Assembly: GCA_030167865.1 (NCBI GenBank)
Contig: JALAGF010000257.1
Coordinates: forward strand, 1-41,517
Length of the DNA: 41,517 nucleotides
Reading direction: 5' to 3'
DNA from: Craspedostauros australis
Taxonomy: Eukaryota
Below, in pieces: positions 1-10,916 of the stretch (position 1 is the first letter of the stretch; every line of letters starts with the position of its first letter). The notes under the pieces are model-generated. The model was not told the origin of the DNA and ran no database searches. It saw only the letters and a list, made by a program, of their open reading frames with translations. The translations under genes and the position numbers were made by a program.

Positions 1-435
1 TAGCCAAGGCAGAATGCCAGAGTTTGTGCAGCAACCTGTAGAGGTCGAGCTATTGGTTGATTGTTGTTGCAGTGAGTGAGTGTGTGTGTGTGTGAGGTTG
101 TTTGATTGTTGTCCAAGTTGGGGTTTTATGATTAGATTTTATCGTATGATTGTTTCCTGCAATTTTTATTACGGTGCTATCGCGGCCCCCGTGTAAATTC
201 CCGCAGTAATCACTTCCGACTTTTGGTTTTCCTTTTTGTATCCTCTCCGTAGTATACCGTGTTGATCCGGTGTCGTCCCACGTGATTTTTCGTCTTGTTG
301 GTGTCGCAACGAGTCCAAACGTGTTGCACCAAAAGACGGACACTCTTCGAGTTTCTCCGATGTTCTTTTGAGTTTCCGAATTTCTCTCGTCATCGCACAC
401 AGAGAACATGACAGGATGTCCATTGCATTCCAACA
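1..435 (-). mobile_element. Possible nested insertion (LTR-like start TGTTG, Ty1/copia-like) interrupting the transposase; continues beyond the window edge
   Basis: Transposase similarity stops abruptly after 'GADP'. The minus strand then begins TGTTGGAATG at 435, and TG...CA ends are typical of LTRs. CpG content visibly rises compared with 436-3400. No PBS, gag or second LTR can be identified in the window. Confidence 0.3.
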
Positions 436-690
436 TGGATCCGCTCCAAATGTCGCCTTCAATACATCGTATGCGGGGTAATTCTTCAGAAAATGAAGAG
501 CCCAGAACAGACGCTTTGGCCTTGCCTTGGCAGGGAGAACGCAGCAATTCCAAACTTCCTTGCACAGTTTGGGCATGATGCCAAATCATGCAACGAACGA
601 TCATCTAGATATTTTGGAACCACCATTCTTGGGGGGCAGGCTCCCCATGAGAGAGAATTCAATGGACTCAAAGTCAGTGGATGAGTGCTG
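436..690 (-). pseudogene. N-terminal (HTH-region) fragment of a PIF/Harbinger-like transposase with in-frame stops
   Basis: Reads DFESIEFSLMGSLPPKNGGSKISR*SFVA*FGIMPKLCKEVWNCCVLPAKARPKRLFWALHFLKNYPAYDVLKATFGADP. This resembles the 'RRFR..FG..P..C..W...PKHLLWALxFLKxY....L...G.D.KT' pattern of stramenopile DDE_Tnp_4 transposases. Both stops are TGA, consistent with mutated Arg CGA. Confidence 0.65.
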
Positions 691-1344
691 GGAGTGAAGC
701 AACAGTTGCTACTGCCTTGTCATCCTGATGCTCTCCTTGTTGTCCTTGATCAACCTTGAGCTTTGATTGCTTGACTTGCTGGCCTTGCTGGCCTTGCTAG
801 CAGGGATGCTATTGCAGGCCATGGTGATGGAAACAGAGCAGCCAATGGGAGCTGATATCAAGATCATGCTTGTTGGATGGAGCAAGTGTCTGATCAATGG
901 CGGTTGCTGATGATTCGTGTCCGTGGGCTGGTGGTGCTCCCTCCGTTGATTGCCTGGGCATTTGTGAGGTGTAGCTCCTGGCGATCATGCCATCTAGGCT
1001 TGATGTTGACGGTGAAAACTGAATTTGTGAGTAGGTCTTGGTTGTCTTGGCTGTTGCTGTTGCATGAGCCTGGCACAGGGCCCCAGAACCAACTGATGTC
1101 ATGATTTGCAATGCACTTGTTCACATTGCACTGGGATGTGAGGGAAAAGTGTGTTCTTTTCATTTGTGCAGGGCAGGGGAATCGTGACTTGACTATACGG
1201 AACCAAAAGACTTGTCAAACTACATCGACGAGAAATGCACGAGAGGGAATCATTCAGGACAGTTGGAATCAGACTAGAGAGTGGATTGTTTAAGTTACTA
1301 CTATTGGTTTCTTCTGGCATGCAATTACAAGTGTGGATGGCTCT

Positions 1345-3205
1345 CTACAAATGCATGGTGCTGTTGGCGTCATCAGGAGTCAATCCATTTGCCTTGTCCC
1401 TGCAAGTCACTGAAAGTGTGCCACAACGCGCACTGTGAGTCTTTGTTTTCTTTGGTGTTGCCTTCACCATATTTTTCTTTGGTGAGCACAACACATAGGC
1501 CTGGAACATGTGAAATGATGGATTCTCCTCACTGAAGATCTTGTCAATCTCATGGATCAGATGGGTGACACCATTGAACTTGTCATCCAAATTGTCCGAA
1601 TCTTCAGATTTGCCAGCCAGGCCAACAGGATGGAACTTGTTGTCAGGAGCAACAAAAGATGGTTGGACCTTGGCTGGGAATGGGTCTGACTGTATGATGC
1701 GCACAGTCTCTGATCTGTCAGCTCCGCCATCCAGCTGTCACAAAGCATCATGGGATGTCTGTGTTTCCGCATGAATTCCATCAACCTTGGCATGCTCCGC
1801 CATGGTGAAATACGTTGTGTTGTATTTTCGCACATTGCAAGTGTGTGCAATTTGCAGGGTTGCTCCATCATCCAGGATGTCAAATTTCACATTGTCTGGA
1901 TTGGCTCCATATGGGAGCTGACAATCGATCCTGAACCCTCTTCACTTCAACAAGTGTGCATGTGAGGATCGTGGGTCCTTCATGCGGATAGGCACAAAGA
2001 AGAGGCCTGGCACAGAATGTCAGATCTAGCCTCCTATGCTGGTGATTGCATTGTTTTTGTCCTTCACCATGGTGCAATGGGCTGAGGGCAATGGAGTAGG
2101 CGACGATGGAGTCTTGGGGATGGATGGTGTGGCAGTTTGCGATGGCTCAGCCTTTGCAACCGTCGAGGTTCTTGGTGTGCTCTTCTAAGCAGGTCGTGCT
2201 GCTGGGTGCGACAATGGGGGTGGACTCCTTTTCTTGTTGGTGGCTGTGAGGCGGTCGTTGAACAACACAGTTGGTGTTGAGCGCGCTCTTGTGGCTACAG
2301 ATTGAGCCTATTGGGAGGAATGTTTGTCACTGCTCTTGTTGGTTGATGGGATGTCGATGGCGACGGGGGGGAACGCTTCTCCTGCACTCTGCTTGGAACA
2401 GACGATGCAGCTGCAGTTGTGCTGTTCGTGTTCTTGCTCTCGCGGCTGTGAGGGGTTGCAAACTCAGAATCGGATGACTCTTCTTGTGGTGTGGTTGCCT
2501 TGCCTTTGTTTGTGCTGCATGCTGTGGTAGGGGTGGTGGTTGTAGTTGTGGTTGTGGTTGTGGTGCTCCCAAGAGTGACAGATTCAACAGAATTGTTAGA
2601 GAATACACTGACATTGTTCTTGTTGTCTTTGCCTTGATTCTCAATTTGATTGAGGCATTCCTCCTCCTCCTCTGAGTCAAACCCACCTGGCCTGATGGTG
2701 AGGTTCTCGATGCCTGCAATGTTGCTGTTGCGCTCGGGCATGGAAGGGAGACCAAGATACTCCTTCCACTTTTGATCAAGAGCTGAGGCAGAGGAGGATG
2801 AAGAAGAAGAATGGGTAGTGGGTTGTGATTTTTTGTTGTTCACATCGCGACGTTCACAAAAGCAGCAGCAACAACAAGCCTCATTTTGTACTCATGTTGT
2901 TCTTGTGATCAGTGCTTGTTGATCCTCTTCACACAGTTCTTGAAGTTTGATGCAAGGTTCTTTTGTAGGTAGTTCTTTCCTGTTGGCCTGATCCAATCTT
3001 TGTGGGACTTCATGAACTCAGAGAAGGTGGTGATAGATTTGTCAAGAAGACCCCTTCAGGATGTAAACAGTGTTGTCAGAATCAGCAGACACTTCTGGTG
3101 ACCATTCTTTGGTTTACCTGGTTGCTTCCTCTTGATTGGTGATGTTTTTCTCCTACTTGTTGGCTTTGGAGTCATGTTGTTTTTTATGAGGGTGAGACCA
3201 AACAT
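1345..3205 (-). pseudogene. Disrupted accessory ORF of the transposon (Ser/Thr/Pro-rich linker plus a globular C-terminal part)
   Basis: One frame runs from ~2300 to 1345 with five stops (...GFRIDCQLPYGANPDNVKFDILDDGATLQIAH...RIIQSDPFPAKVQPSF...). It joins by an apparent frameshift near 2310 to the 2295-2843 ORF and then the 3056-3304 ORF. Harbinger elements normally carry a second ORF. Confidence 0.45.
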
Positions 3206-3216
3206 TTTGGTTTGCA

Positions 3217-3252
3217 GTTGTTGTTGTTGTTGGTGGTGGTGGTGGTGGTGGT
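3217..3252. repeat. Compound (GTT)n(GGT)n microsatellite
   Basis: gttgttgttgttgttggtggtggtggtggtggtggt seen directly. Confidence 0.9.
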
Positions 3253-4002
3253 GTGTTGATGCTGTTGTCTGGCAGGTTGTTGGTGGAACAACACTGTTCT
3301 TCACATGTTTGCAAACTTTGGTGAGTCGGTGTGTTTCTCATGTTGTTTCATGCCTCTGTTTTTCCATTCTCATCTGTTGGATCATTTGGCGGGTCCGAAC
3401 TTCCCTGCACACATCTGCTTCGAACCGCCAATCCGAATCGTGACGCGATTTGTCGTCTTTTGACAGGAGACGAGGGGGGAGAACAAAAAAATCCCATGGA
3501 AAAATAAAAAAGCAAGGGAAATTATTTCCTCCGTTTCCCCCACGAAAACGCAACACGAGATTCTCCACTCGTGTACCAGCCAAGCGGGATCAATCAATGA
3601 CAGGAAGAAGGACAGACGAGCAACCTCATCGCTGTTGATTTATTGCCCACCGTTTGCCCTCCTGTCGAAAAGAAAGGTTGTGGTGCGCAAACATCAAACG
3701 ACGAGTTTGATGCATGTCCGCACAACCTCAACAGCAGCAACCGAAGCTTGTACATCAGACAACCTTCGAGACTGGAAGCGCACGGTGCACATTTGATCAG
3801 TCCACCGATGCCCTTACCAATTTGTTGTGCCCTCCCACCGCGTCCCTGGGTTCTTTCCCATGCAGGCATGGGGGTAATATTCTTTTTTGGATGATGCAAA
3901 TCGTCAGAATTCGAATACGGCCTGGCGGCTTTTGCTGGATGCCGACGTTTGTTCCAAATTTCCCAGGCAACTGGTGTGTCAATTGAGCAAGTCTCATTGG
4001 CT

Positions 4003-4057
4003 CCGATGATCGATCTGATATGCTGAGGAAAGTACTATCAGATCACATGATCATCGG
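4003..4057. repeat. Inverted repeat (18-bp arms, 4-nt bulge), probably a subterminal structure of the transposon
   Basis: CCGATGATC-GATCTGATA (4003-4020) pairs with TATCAGATC-[ACAT]-GATCATCGG (4036-4057). Confidence 0.8.
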
Positions 4058-4338
4058 CGATTTCGGAATAAACTCTGCAAAATGCAAAAGGTGCCAGATC
4101 ATCATCAGCTTTGGACCCCTATTACAGGGTTCAGGGTTGGAGATCGATCAAGTCTCCCCCCTTTCGTAGAACAACAAGCATTGCATACAACAGAATATCT
4201 AAAGCAGTGTAATGATTGATGTTCAAGTCTTCGTCATTTTGTGGAAATCAGAGAAAATGTAACAAGAGTTTGGAGTGATGATGGGAAGCAGACAGACCCA
4301 CACATTTCAGAAAAGAGTGCCAGAAGGAGCTCAGGGGA

Positions 4339-4383
4339 AATTCCCAAACGACCAGGGGGAATTACCTCGGTCGTTGGGGAATT
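4339..4383. repeat. Imperfect inverted repeat / hairpin
   Basis: AATTCCCAAACGACC pairs with GGTCGTTGGGGAATT (one mismatch), with an inner GGGG/CCTC stem. Confidence 0.7.
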
Positions 4384-5105
4384 CTGTGCAGATTTAGCAC
4401 CAATTCCTAATCTTGTCAATCTTGAAGAGATATGTCGACGGACAGACGGTACCGCACAAACAACAAGTAGGATCCACATCGAGCAGATGACTGCTGCGTA
4501 CAGTTACAATTTTCGTCATAACGGATAAGGTTTCACCTCCCCCCTCCACGCCTCCGGTCGCGTGAGATCCCTGCACACCATTGGCAAGAAAAGTGTGACG
4601 TGCCTGACATGCTGTGCCTTATGCCAGCAGACGATTGAGGGATAATTGTAGATTATAATTACGTTCCTCCAGCTGTGCCTCCATCTGCCCTACTTGCGTT
4701 ACTCCACTAGTAGCGCTCTCTGCCATGCCGTCTCTGCTGCTTCTATGCCTGTTCCAAGAACCACACCTGAATTCCAAACCTGCGCCACTTGGTCGCACAC
4801 TTACTTGCTTCCATATGTTGGCACCGCAGTTACGACTGAGTTGTGCCTTGCATGATTGGACTCAACCAACTGGTCTTGGTCACAGATGTTACCAGACTCG
4901 ATCCAGCACTGGTAGCGGTAGATACATGACTGGACTTGATTGGGGGACAATGATATTCTAGCTAGTTATCAGTCTAGGTCATGCTGCAGCGCACAGAGAC
5001 AAGGATGTCACCAAGGATGATATGTCCATCCATCCTAATGATGCCAGATCCTAGTACAAACGGTGTACCATCACATCTAGCACCAATATCAACACAAAAC
5101 ATAAC

Positions 5106-5144
<39 letters not shown>
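5106..5144. repeat. (AGT)13 microsatellite
   Basis: Perfect trinucleotide run seen directly. Confidence 0.95.
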
Positions 5145-6443
5145 TCTGAACAACAGCAAGTATATTGTGGCGTGGGTGCGGTCGGTTTGTGTTGTAACGC
5201 AAAACATTCGAGGATGTTCGATCCAGTCCCGAGATGCCAAATCACGGGTGGAGATATATCGTGTATGTCAATTTCCCTCAACCCCCAGAGGAGATGCCAA
5301 GACGAAGCCGTTTGTGTCAGCCAACCGACATCTGCTCGCTCAGGATGTCTTTGCCCCCATGTGTTGATCGTCGATTGCTGGCCATTGATCAATTACCTTC
5401 AGTACCGGCACGACCGCGGCGACTCCACGAGTAGTATTACGCTGCCATCGGTATCGGTGTCCACATTGGTGCTGTTGCTGCCGCTGCCACGGCGGTACTT
5501 GTGCTCGTCCTGATGGCTTGTTTCTCGATGTCGCCAGACACGACATGATGTTCGTTTTGGTCTTGATGTTCGTGTTGACGTTGGTGCTGATGGCGAAGAT
5601 TCGGTTTGGCGATTGTGACTCGTGCGAAGAGTCATGATGATGAATGTCACAGCCATGGTTAGAGCCAAACGGCGGAGACCCATCAGTCGTTGAAGTCCTG
5701 TTTCTTCGGCAAGTGGCGAACATGTGGAATCGCCGACGTCACTCTGACGACTGCAGTTCTGTCGTCCGAATGTCGTATTCCTTAAGTGATCTTGGTCGCG
5801 TTTGGACTATTCTGTGCACGGCGTACAGTAAGTAGCGGCAGATGGAGATTCCTTTGTGACGTTCGGTACGTTGAATTAGCCTTGAGAGGCATGTCGCAGG
5901 AACAGAAGGGGTTATTTCTGGTGGCTTGGCGACAAAAGGAACTGGTGGACAGAAAGCTGTCCTCCCCCTTGTCCGCCATGCCAAATTGCATGCGTTGTGC
6001 GGAGGAACCATTGAAGCAGTCGAGCATGGATTTTGATGGCACAGAGAGAAAGACCGCATCACTGGCGATGATTCGTGTAGGAGTGCCAGCAACGTCGCAG
6101 CCACAACAGCTGATGCGCGGGAGTGCCTCCAAAGCTCGTGTGGTTGTTGCGGTGAGCACGGCAAAACAGAAAAAGAGAGTCTTCGAATCTGTTTGTGGGC
6201 AGTTCTGCTTCCCCAAACTTCTCACAAAAATCAAAAGCAGACAACTCCCAAAACGCACTCAAACGCACTCAAACCCATCAACAACCACAACCAAACCTGC
6301 GAAAGCAAACACCATCCTCATCGTCCCCATCATCATCAGCAACACTGTATCGAGAATCCGCAAACCTCTTCTCGATTTCATTCATCACGAACCGCAACAA
6401 CACAAGCAGCAGCACACCCTGGGCAGCCTCACCTCGCAGAACC

Positions 6444-7781
6444 ATGTGCATCTCGACACAAGCACCATTCCAAGGACAAGCCACCAGGCCCATCAACACT
6501 GGCTCTCTCCAGCTGATGGGGGAGCTGGGTGCCGCCACGGCCAACGTGACCGGTAACACTGCTCATTCCATGTCCCTCTCATTCCCAGAGATGGCCAACT
6601 CCGGTGTCCACAAGCAGCAGCAGCAGCAGCTGCAGGCCATCAATGCCAGGAACGCGCAGATGGTGGGCAAGCCATCAGGCGCCTCCATGGCCCACAACAA
6701 CGGCAGCAAGAAGCACGCCCACATCATCGTCCAGCACAACTACCACGACCACTCTCATGACTCCAGCGAGATGTACTCCGAGGAGCATCCCGTGCGAGGG
6801 GGAGTCACCACTCCCTTCCCACTCAAGCTCCACGAGATGCTCCACAAGGTCGAGAGCCACGGCCTCGAGCACATCGTGAGCTGGCAGCCACACGGACGCT
6901 GCTTCGTCGTCCACAAGCCCCAGGAGTTCGTCCAGCTGCTGCCCAACTACTTCAAGCTCAGCAAGCTCGCCAGCTTCCAGCGCCAGCTGAATCTGTACGG
7001 ATTCCAGCGCATCACCAAGGGATACGACAAGGGGGGCTACTACCACGAGCTCTTCCTGCGCAACAGGATGTTCATGGCACACGCCATCCAGCGCATCAAG
7101 GTCAAGGGCACCGGAGTCCGCGCCCGATCCAACCCCGCACAGGAGCCAGACTTCTGGAACATGCCGTGGGTCGATGCCGCCAGCACCCCCACCGGCAGCA
7201 GCAGCCCCACCAACAACATGAACTTCACCACCAACAACAACTCGCAACCAAACATGCACCCATCAGCACCAGCAACCGTCACTCCGCAGAACACAGCGGC
7301 AATCTTCTCGCCCCCAGCACACATGATGACGCAGGTGCCATCGTACGGAGCATCCACGCAGCCCATGATGTCCTTCATGCCACCGCCACCAGCCATGGCC
7401 AAGGCCACGCCAACCAACCCTCCCCAGCACTCCGTCGTCTCCTCCCCTTCTGCAAGCAGCACAGAGGAAGATGATGACATCGTGTGCACCTTCGGTAACC
7501 GCACATTCCACGCACTGGCCATCCCAACGAACAGCTCGCTGTGGCAGCCGCTTAGCACCAAGTCGGCCCGCACGCCACAATCACAGTCGTCTGCTTCGCT
7601 CATGGCATCCCAGAGCGCTTCCGTCGATGCTTACACCGAGTTCCAAGAGAGCCACGGGCTCATCGATGAGATGGAGGACTTCTTCCAGGACTTCGACTTC
7701 GCCAGGGACGTGTCCGCATCGATACCAAACCTCGACGACGACGCTGTCTTTGGGGATGTGCTGGAGCAGATCATCGCCTAG
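6444..7781 (+). CDS. HSF: Heat shock transcription factor (HSF-type DNA-binding domain), ~445 aa
   Basis: The HSF DNA-binding domain is clear: FPLKLHEML...IVSWQPHGRCFVVHKPQEF...YFKLSKLASFQRQLNLYGFQRIT.G.DKGGYYHELFLR. It is preceded by the diatom-type 'HNYHDH' motif and followed by an acidic/aromatic tail. Strong C/G third-position bias. Start set at the first in-frame ATG (6444). Confidence 0.95.
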   Translation: MCISTQAPFQGQATRPINTGSLQLMGELGAATANVTGNTAHSMSLSFPEMANSGVHKQQQQQLQAINARNAQMVGKPSGASMAHNNGSKKHAHIIVQHNYHDHSHDSSEMYSEEHPVRGGVTTPFPLKLHEMLHKVESHGLEHIVSWQPHGRCFVVHKPQEFVQLLPNYFKLSKLASFQRQLNLYGFQRITKGYDKGGYYHELFLRNRMFMAHAIQRIKVKGTGVRARSNPAQEPDFWNMPWVDAASTPTGSSSPTNNMNFTTNNNSQPNMHPSAPATVTPQNTAAIFSPPAHMMTQVPSYGASTQPMMSFMPPPPAMAKATPTNPPQHSVVSSPSASSTEEDDDIVCTFGNRTFHALAIPTNSSLWQPLSTKSARTPQSQSSASLMASQSASVDAYTEFQESHGLIDEMEDFFQDFDFARDVSASIPNLDDDAVFGDVLEQIIA

Positions 7782-8890
7782 AGCGAGAGCATATCTTCCG
7801 CCCTTTTGGTGGATTGGGATACATGCACTGGACGAACAAACAAACGAACGAACCAACGACGGAAAACCCAAGGAACGATCCCAGTGATGAAACAAAGAGC
7901 AACACACCAAAGCGACCACACAAATCAAACAACCAAACAAAACGGGACCAAATCAAACTGATGCCTCCTCAATCCAGTACGCCATGCAGAGCATACTTCC
8001 CATTATCCCAGAAAAACAAAACGAAAACAAAGAGAAGAAACAGAGCACAACACATACAGACACAGCGCATGGCGTCATTGTACACTAACACAATTACACT
8101 TTCTCCCTCCATACAAGTACCAGTACGAATAGGACCAAACCAAGTCAAAAAGTTCGCAGAAATCGATGCACTCGCTCGTGTGGGCGATCGATTTGCTTCC
8201 CTGCCAAACAAGGCGAGACGTTTCGAAGCGTCAGGCCCAGAGAGGCGCAGCCTTGGGCACCGCCGAGAACGTGCCAAACACACGCGAAAGCCGTTGCAAG
8301 TGCACCATTTGTTCCTGTTTCGCCTCCACTCTCGCTCCGCGCGGTTTCACCAACAACGGAACGTTCCGCACATTGGTTTTGGTTGCTCCTTGGCTGCTCT
8401 TGGGTTCGGATTTGTGCCGTTACAGACGTTCACTATCACCTTGTCCCTGCAAAGTGCAAATTTTTGGAACAGTAGCGAAAAGTGTGATGGTTCGGATTCG
8501 TCGCGACATTTCTTCGACATGAACCCTTCGCTTTGCGAACAAGTTCTTTCTGCGGGAATGATTAGTCGTGGATAGAGAAACCGCATGCATGACCCGCTCG
8601 ACTGCAAGGGATGACGTCGTTGCAAAATGCCGATCAACATCCAAGGATGTGAAGATCTTCTTCCGACGAGTTGCATCGCGCGGCGACACAAGTTGAACTT
8701 CAGCACAACAGGTCACAATAGCATTCGGACGACGTCTGGATCCGTATCCTCGCCATCCACACATCCCGTGCACACCGTATCCATACGATCATACGAATAC
8801 GCACACTCAATCCATTGTTTGTATTAATTGAGACGACAGCCAGCTGCGAAGTCATTGCGAAGGTATAGCACAACACGAGAGATCGAAAAG

Positions 8891-10359
8891 ATGAAGTTCT
8901 CCATTGCATCCACGGCCTGCGCCATCCTGAGCGTCGTTCTGCTCAATGGCAGCAGCAACAGCAACGTCGAAGCCTTTTCGACACCTTTCGCGGCTTCCCG
9001 GTCCAGCCTCACGAAATTCAATACCCAGACGACGACGACGACGCGCCTGAACGTGGTGGATCCATCCATCGCCGACGATGTGCTGAATGTCGCCATGACC
9101 GTGGCAGTGGACGAGAAGGATTACGGCGATGCCATCAAGACCGTGGTCATCGCTCTGACCTTGGGAGGTGGTCTCATTCCAGCCTTGATCAGCGCCAACT
9201 CGGCCATGTTCAAGACTTTGGGTGGCAGCCGACCGGATGATGAGGAGAAGGAGTACACACCAGAGGAACTCAAGACTTCGTTGGATCCAGTGAGTTTGAC
9301 TTGATGCAATTTTTTCATGCATGGGATGGGATTGAATGAAATGAAACGAAATGCTTGGAGGAGAGAAAGGAGTTTTGATTGCATTGGAGACCTGGTGAAC
9401 TGCTGTCCCCGCGATGCGTTGCGTTGCCGTGCAATGTGTTGAACAGAGTGTAAGATTGCCACATGCTCCACGAGTATGCCAATTGCGACATCTGGCCAAG
9501 CGTGTTGCATGCTGTGGCTGATGATTCGTTCATTCATCGACATGCCATTTCCAATTTCTAATTGTCACCAACGGTCTCGAACTCTTCCTTCTGCTTTTTG
9601 CATCGCATCTGATGCCATTGGCCAATGTCGCAATATCCAAACACTCCGCAATCCAATCCAATCCAATCGCACACTTTGCCCATGAATGCTTTCTGCAATA
9701 CTTCGCACGTACAGACTTTAAAGGAAACCGCCTTCCGCAAGTACGTGGCAGACTCGGGTGCCACCGGCCCCAACCTTCCCGCATCGCAGCTGCTGTTCGC
9801 CAACGAGCGCATTCCCTTGGCTGATATTGTGGCCGTTCTGGGTCGCATCGAGGACGTCACTTCTCTCGCCGATTGGAAGAACCTTCCATCGACGCGATTG
9901 ATGGGCGTCAGCGAGTCGGCCCCACCACAATGGTTGCCACGCAAGGCCTTCAAGGTGTACGTACGCAAGTCCAAGTTCCTGGGCTGGCCCACGGATACCA
10001 AGACCGGCCTGCCCGTCGGTGGCGAGGAATTGCAAAAGGCCGAACAGGCGCGCGTGTCGAAGAAGGGCGCCTTGATCAGCGACGCGGCGCTGGATGCCGT
10101 GTTCGATTCGTGGGCATGGGGTGCCAGCATAGCGACGCCGGATAAGGTGAACGGCACGCTGCGCATGGTGAAGCCTGGCAAGACGGAAGTCAATTTGGAT
10201 GAGTTTGTGGGCGCCGCCATTCGCGGGCGCTCGACCACGTTCCTGGCCGCATTCACGTTTGTCGTTATTCAGCTGGTCACATTCGGGTCGCTGTTCATTG
10301 GGCCGGCGCTGCGTATGTTCTTTGATATTGACATCGGCTTTGGCGAGCTTGGTAGATAG
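8891..10359 (+). CDS. Plastid-targeted membrane protein of unknown function, 2 exons (8891-9289, 9715-10359), ~347 aa
   Basis: Signal peptide MKFSIASTACAILSVVLL followed by VEA|FSTPF (ASAFAP-like) and a Ser/Thr-rich transit peptide. A GTGAGT donor at 9290 and an ACAG acceptor ending 9714 join SLDP|TLKETAF in frame (phase 0). Hydrophobic helices lie near the N- and C-termini. Confidence 0.85.
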
Positions 10360-10916
10360 ATCATGGTGTCATACAAATGCTAGTACAGAGAACTACTCCA
10401 CCAGCATACGAGTCGTCGTCGTCGTCAACTGCAAGTACTGCTTTGAAAAGAGGTAACTATGATACGTGCCTCGCGATGATGGCGGATAGCATATGTCACT
10501 CTACTAATGCCTTTCATCTCGAGGGAGGGCTTCGGCAATCTACCATTTTACCTTGAATGCAGGCACAGGAGAACATTGCAAATGCGCAGTGCCAAACGGC
10601 CATCGCAAGCGATGCATGTTATGCGAACAAATGTATCTGGGGCGCGACAATGTCGCTTGATAGTTCTGCCTCCGCATTCTATTGGAGTACACACCAGTAT
10701 GATGCTCATATTAGCTTGAGTCATCGGTCACTTCTTATCGAGAATGCCGTCTTCCCTTCTTTATTTCCTTCAGGCCTGTGCATGGTGCATCCTCTAGTAC
10801 TTGTGGCACATGCGCTATCTGTCGTTGCGGAAGCGTTCCATTTGGAGATGACCAACTGCATCATGCTGCATACCATGTTCGACAGCATGCCCTGTCAAAC
10901 CAAGATACTCCAATCG

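Larger units (their letters stand above)
436..4120 (-). mobile_element. Degenerate PIF/Harbinger-like (DDE_Tnp_4 type) DNA transposon, truncated on the left
   Basis: Contains a transposase N-terminal fragment (436-690) and a second disrupted ORF (~1345-3205) on the same strand. The body is CpG-poor and TG/CA-rich. A candidate terminus ...AGCTTTGGACCCCT lies at 4120, with subterminal GATCATC inverted repeats at 4003-4057. The matching other terminus is not visible. Confidence 0.6.

Noticed and set aside
809-1163. Possible hAT dimerisation-domain remnant (DISWFWG...)
   Set aside because: The resemblance needs frame switching and lacks the SxxxERxFS motif; not supportable.
4124-4140. Telomere-like CAGGGTTCAGGGTT
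   Set aside because: Only two imperfect units.
5786-6556. 256-aa ORF upstream of and overlapping HSF, plus the 6195-6443 extension of the HSF frame
   Set aside because: Non-ATG starts, low-complexity CA-rich leader sequence and no domain; best read as promoter/5'UTR.
8455-8470. Sm-site-like AAATTTTTGG
   Set aside because: No U1/U2/U4/U5 hallmark sequence nearby.
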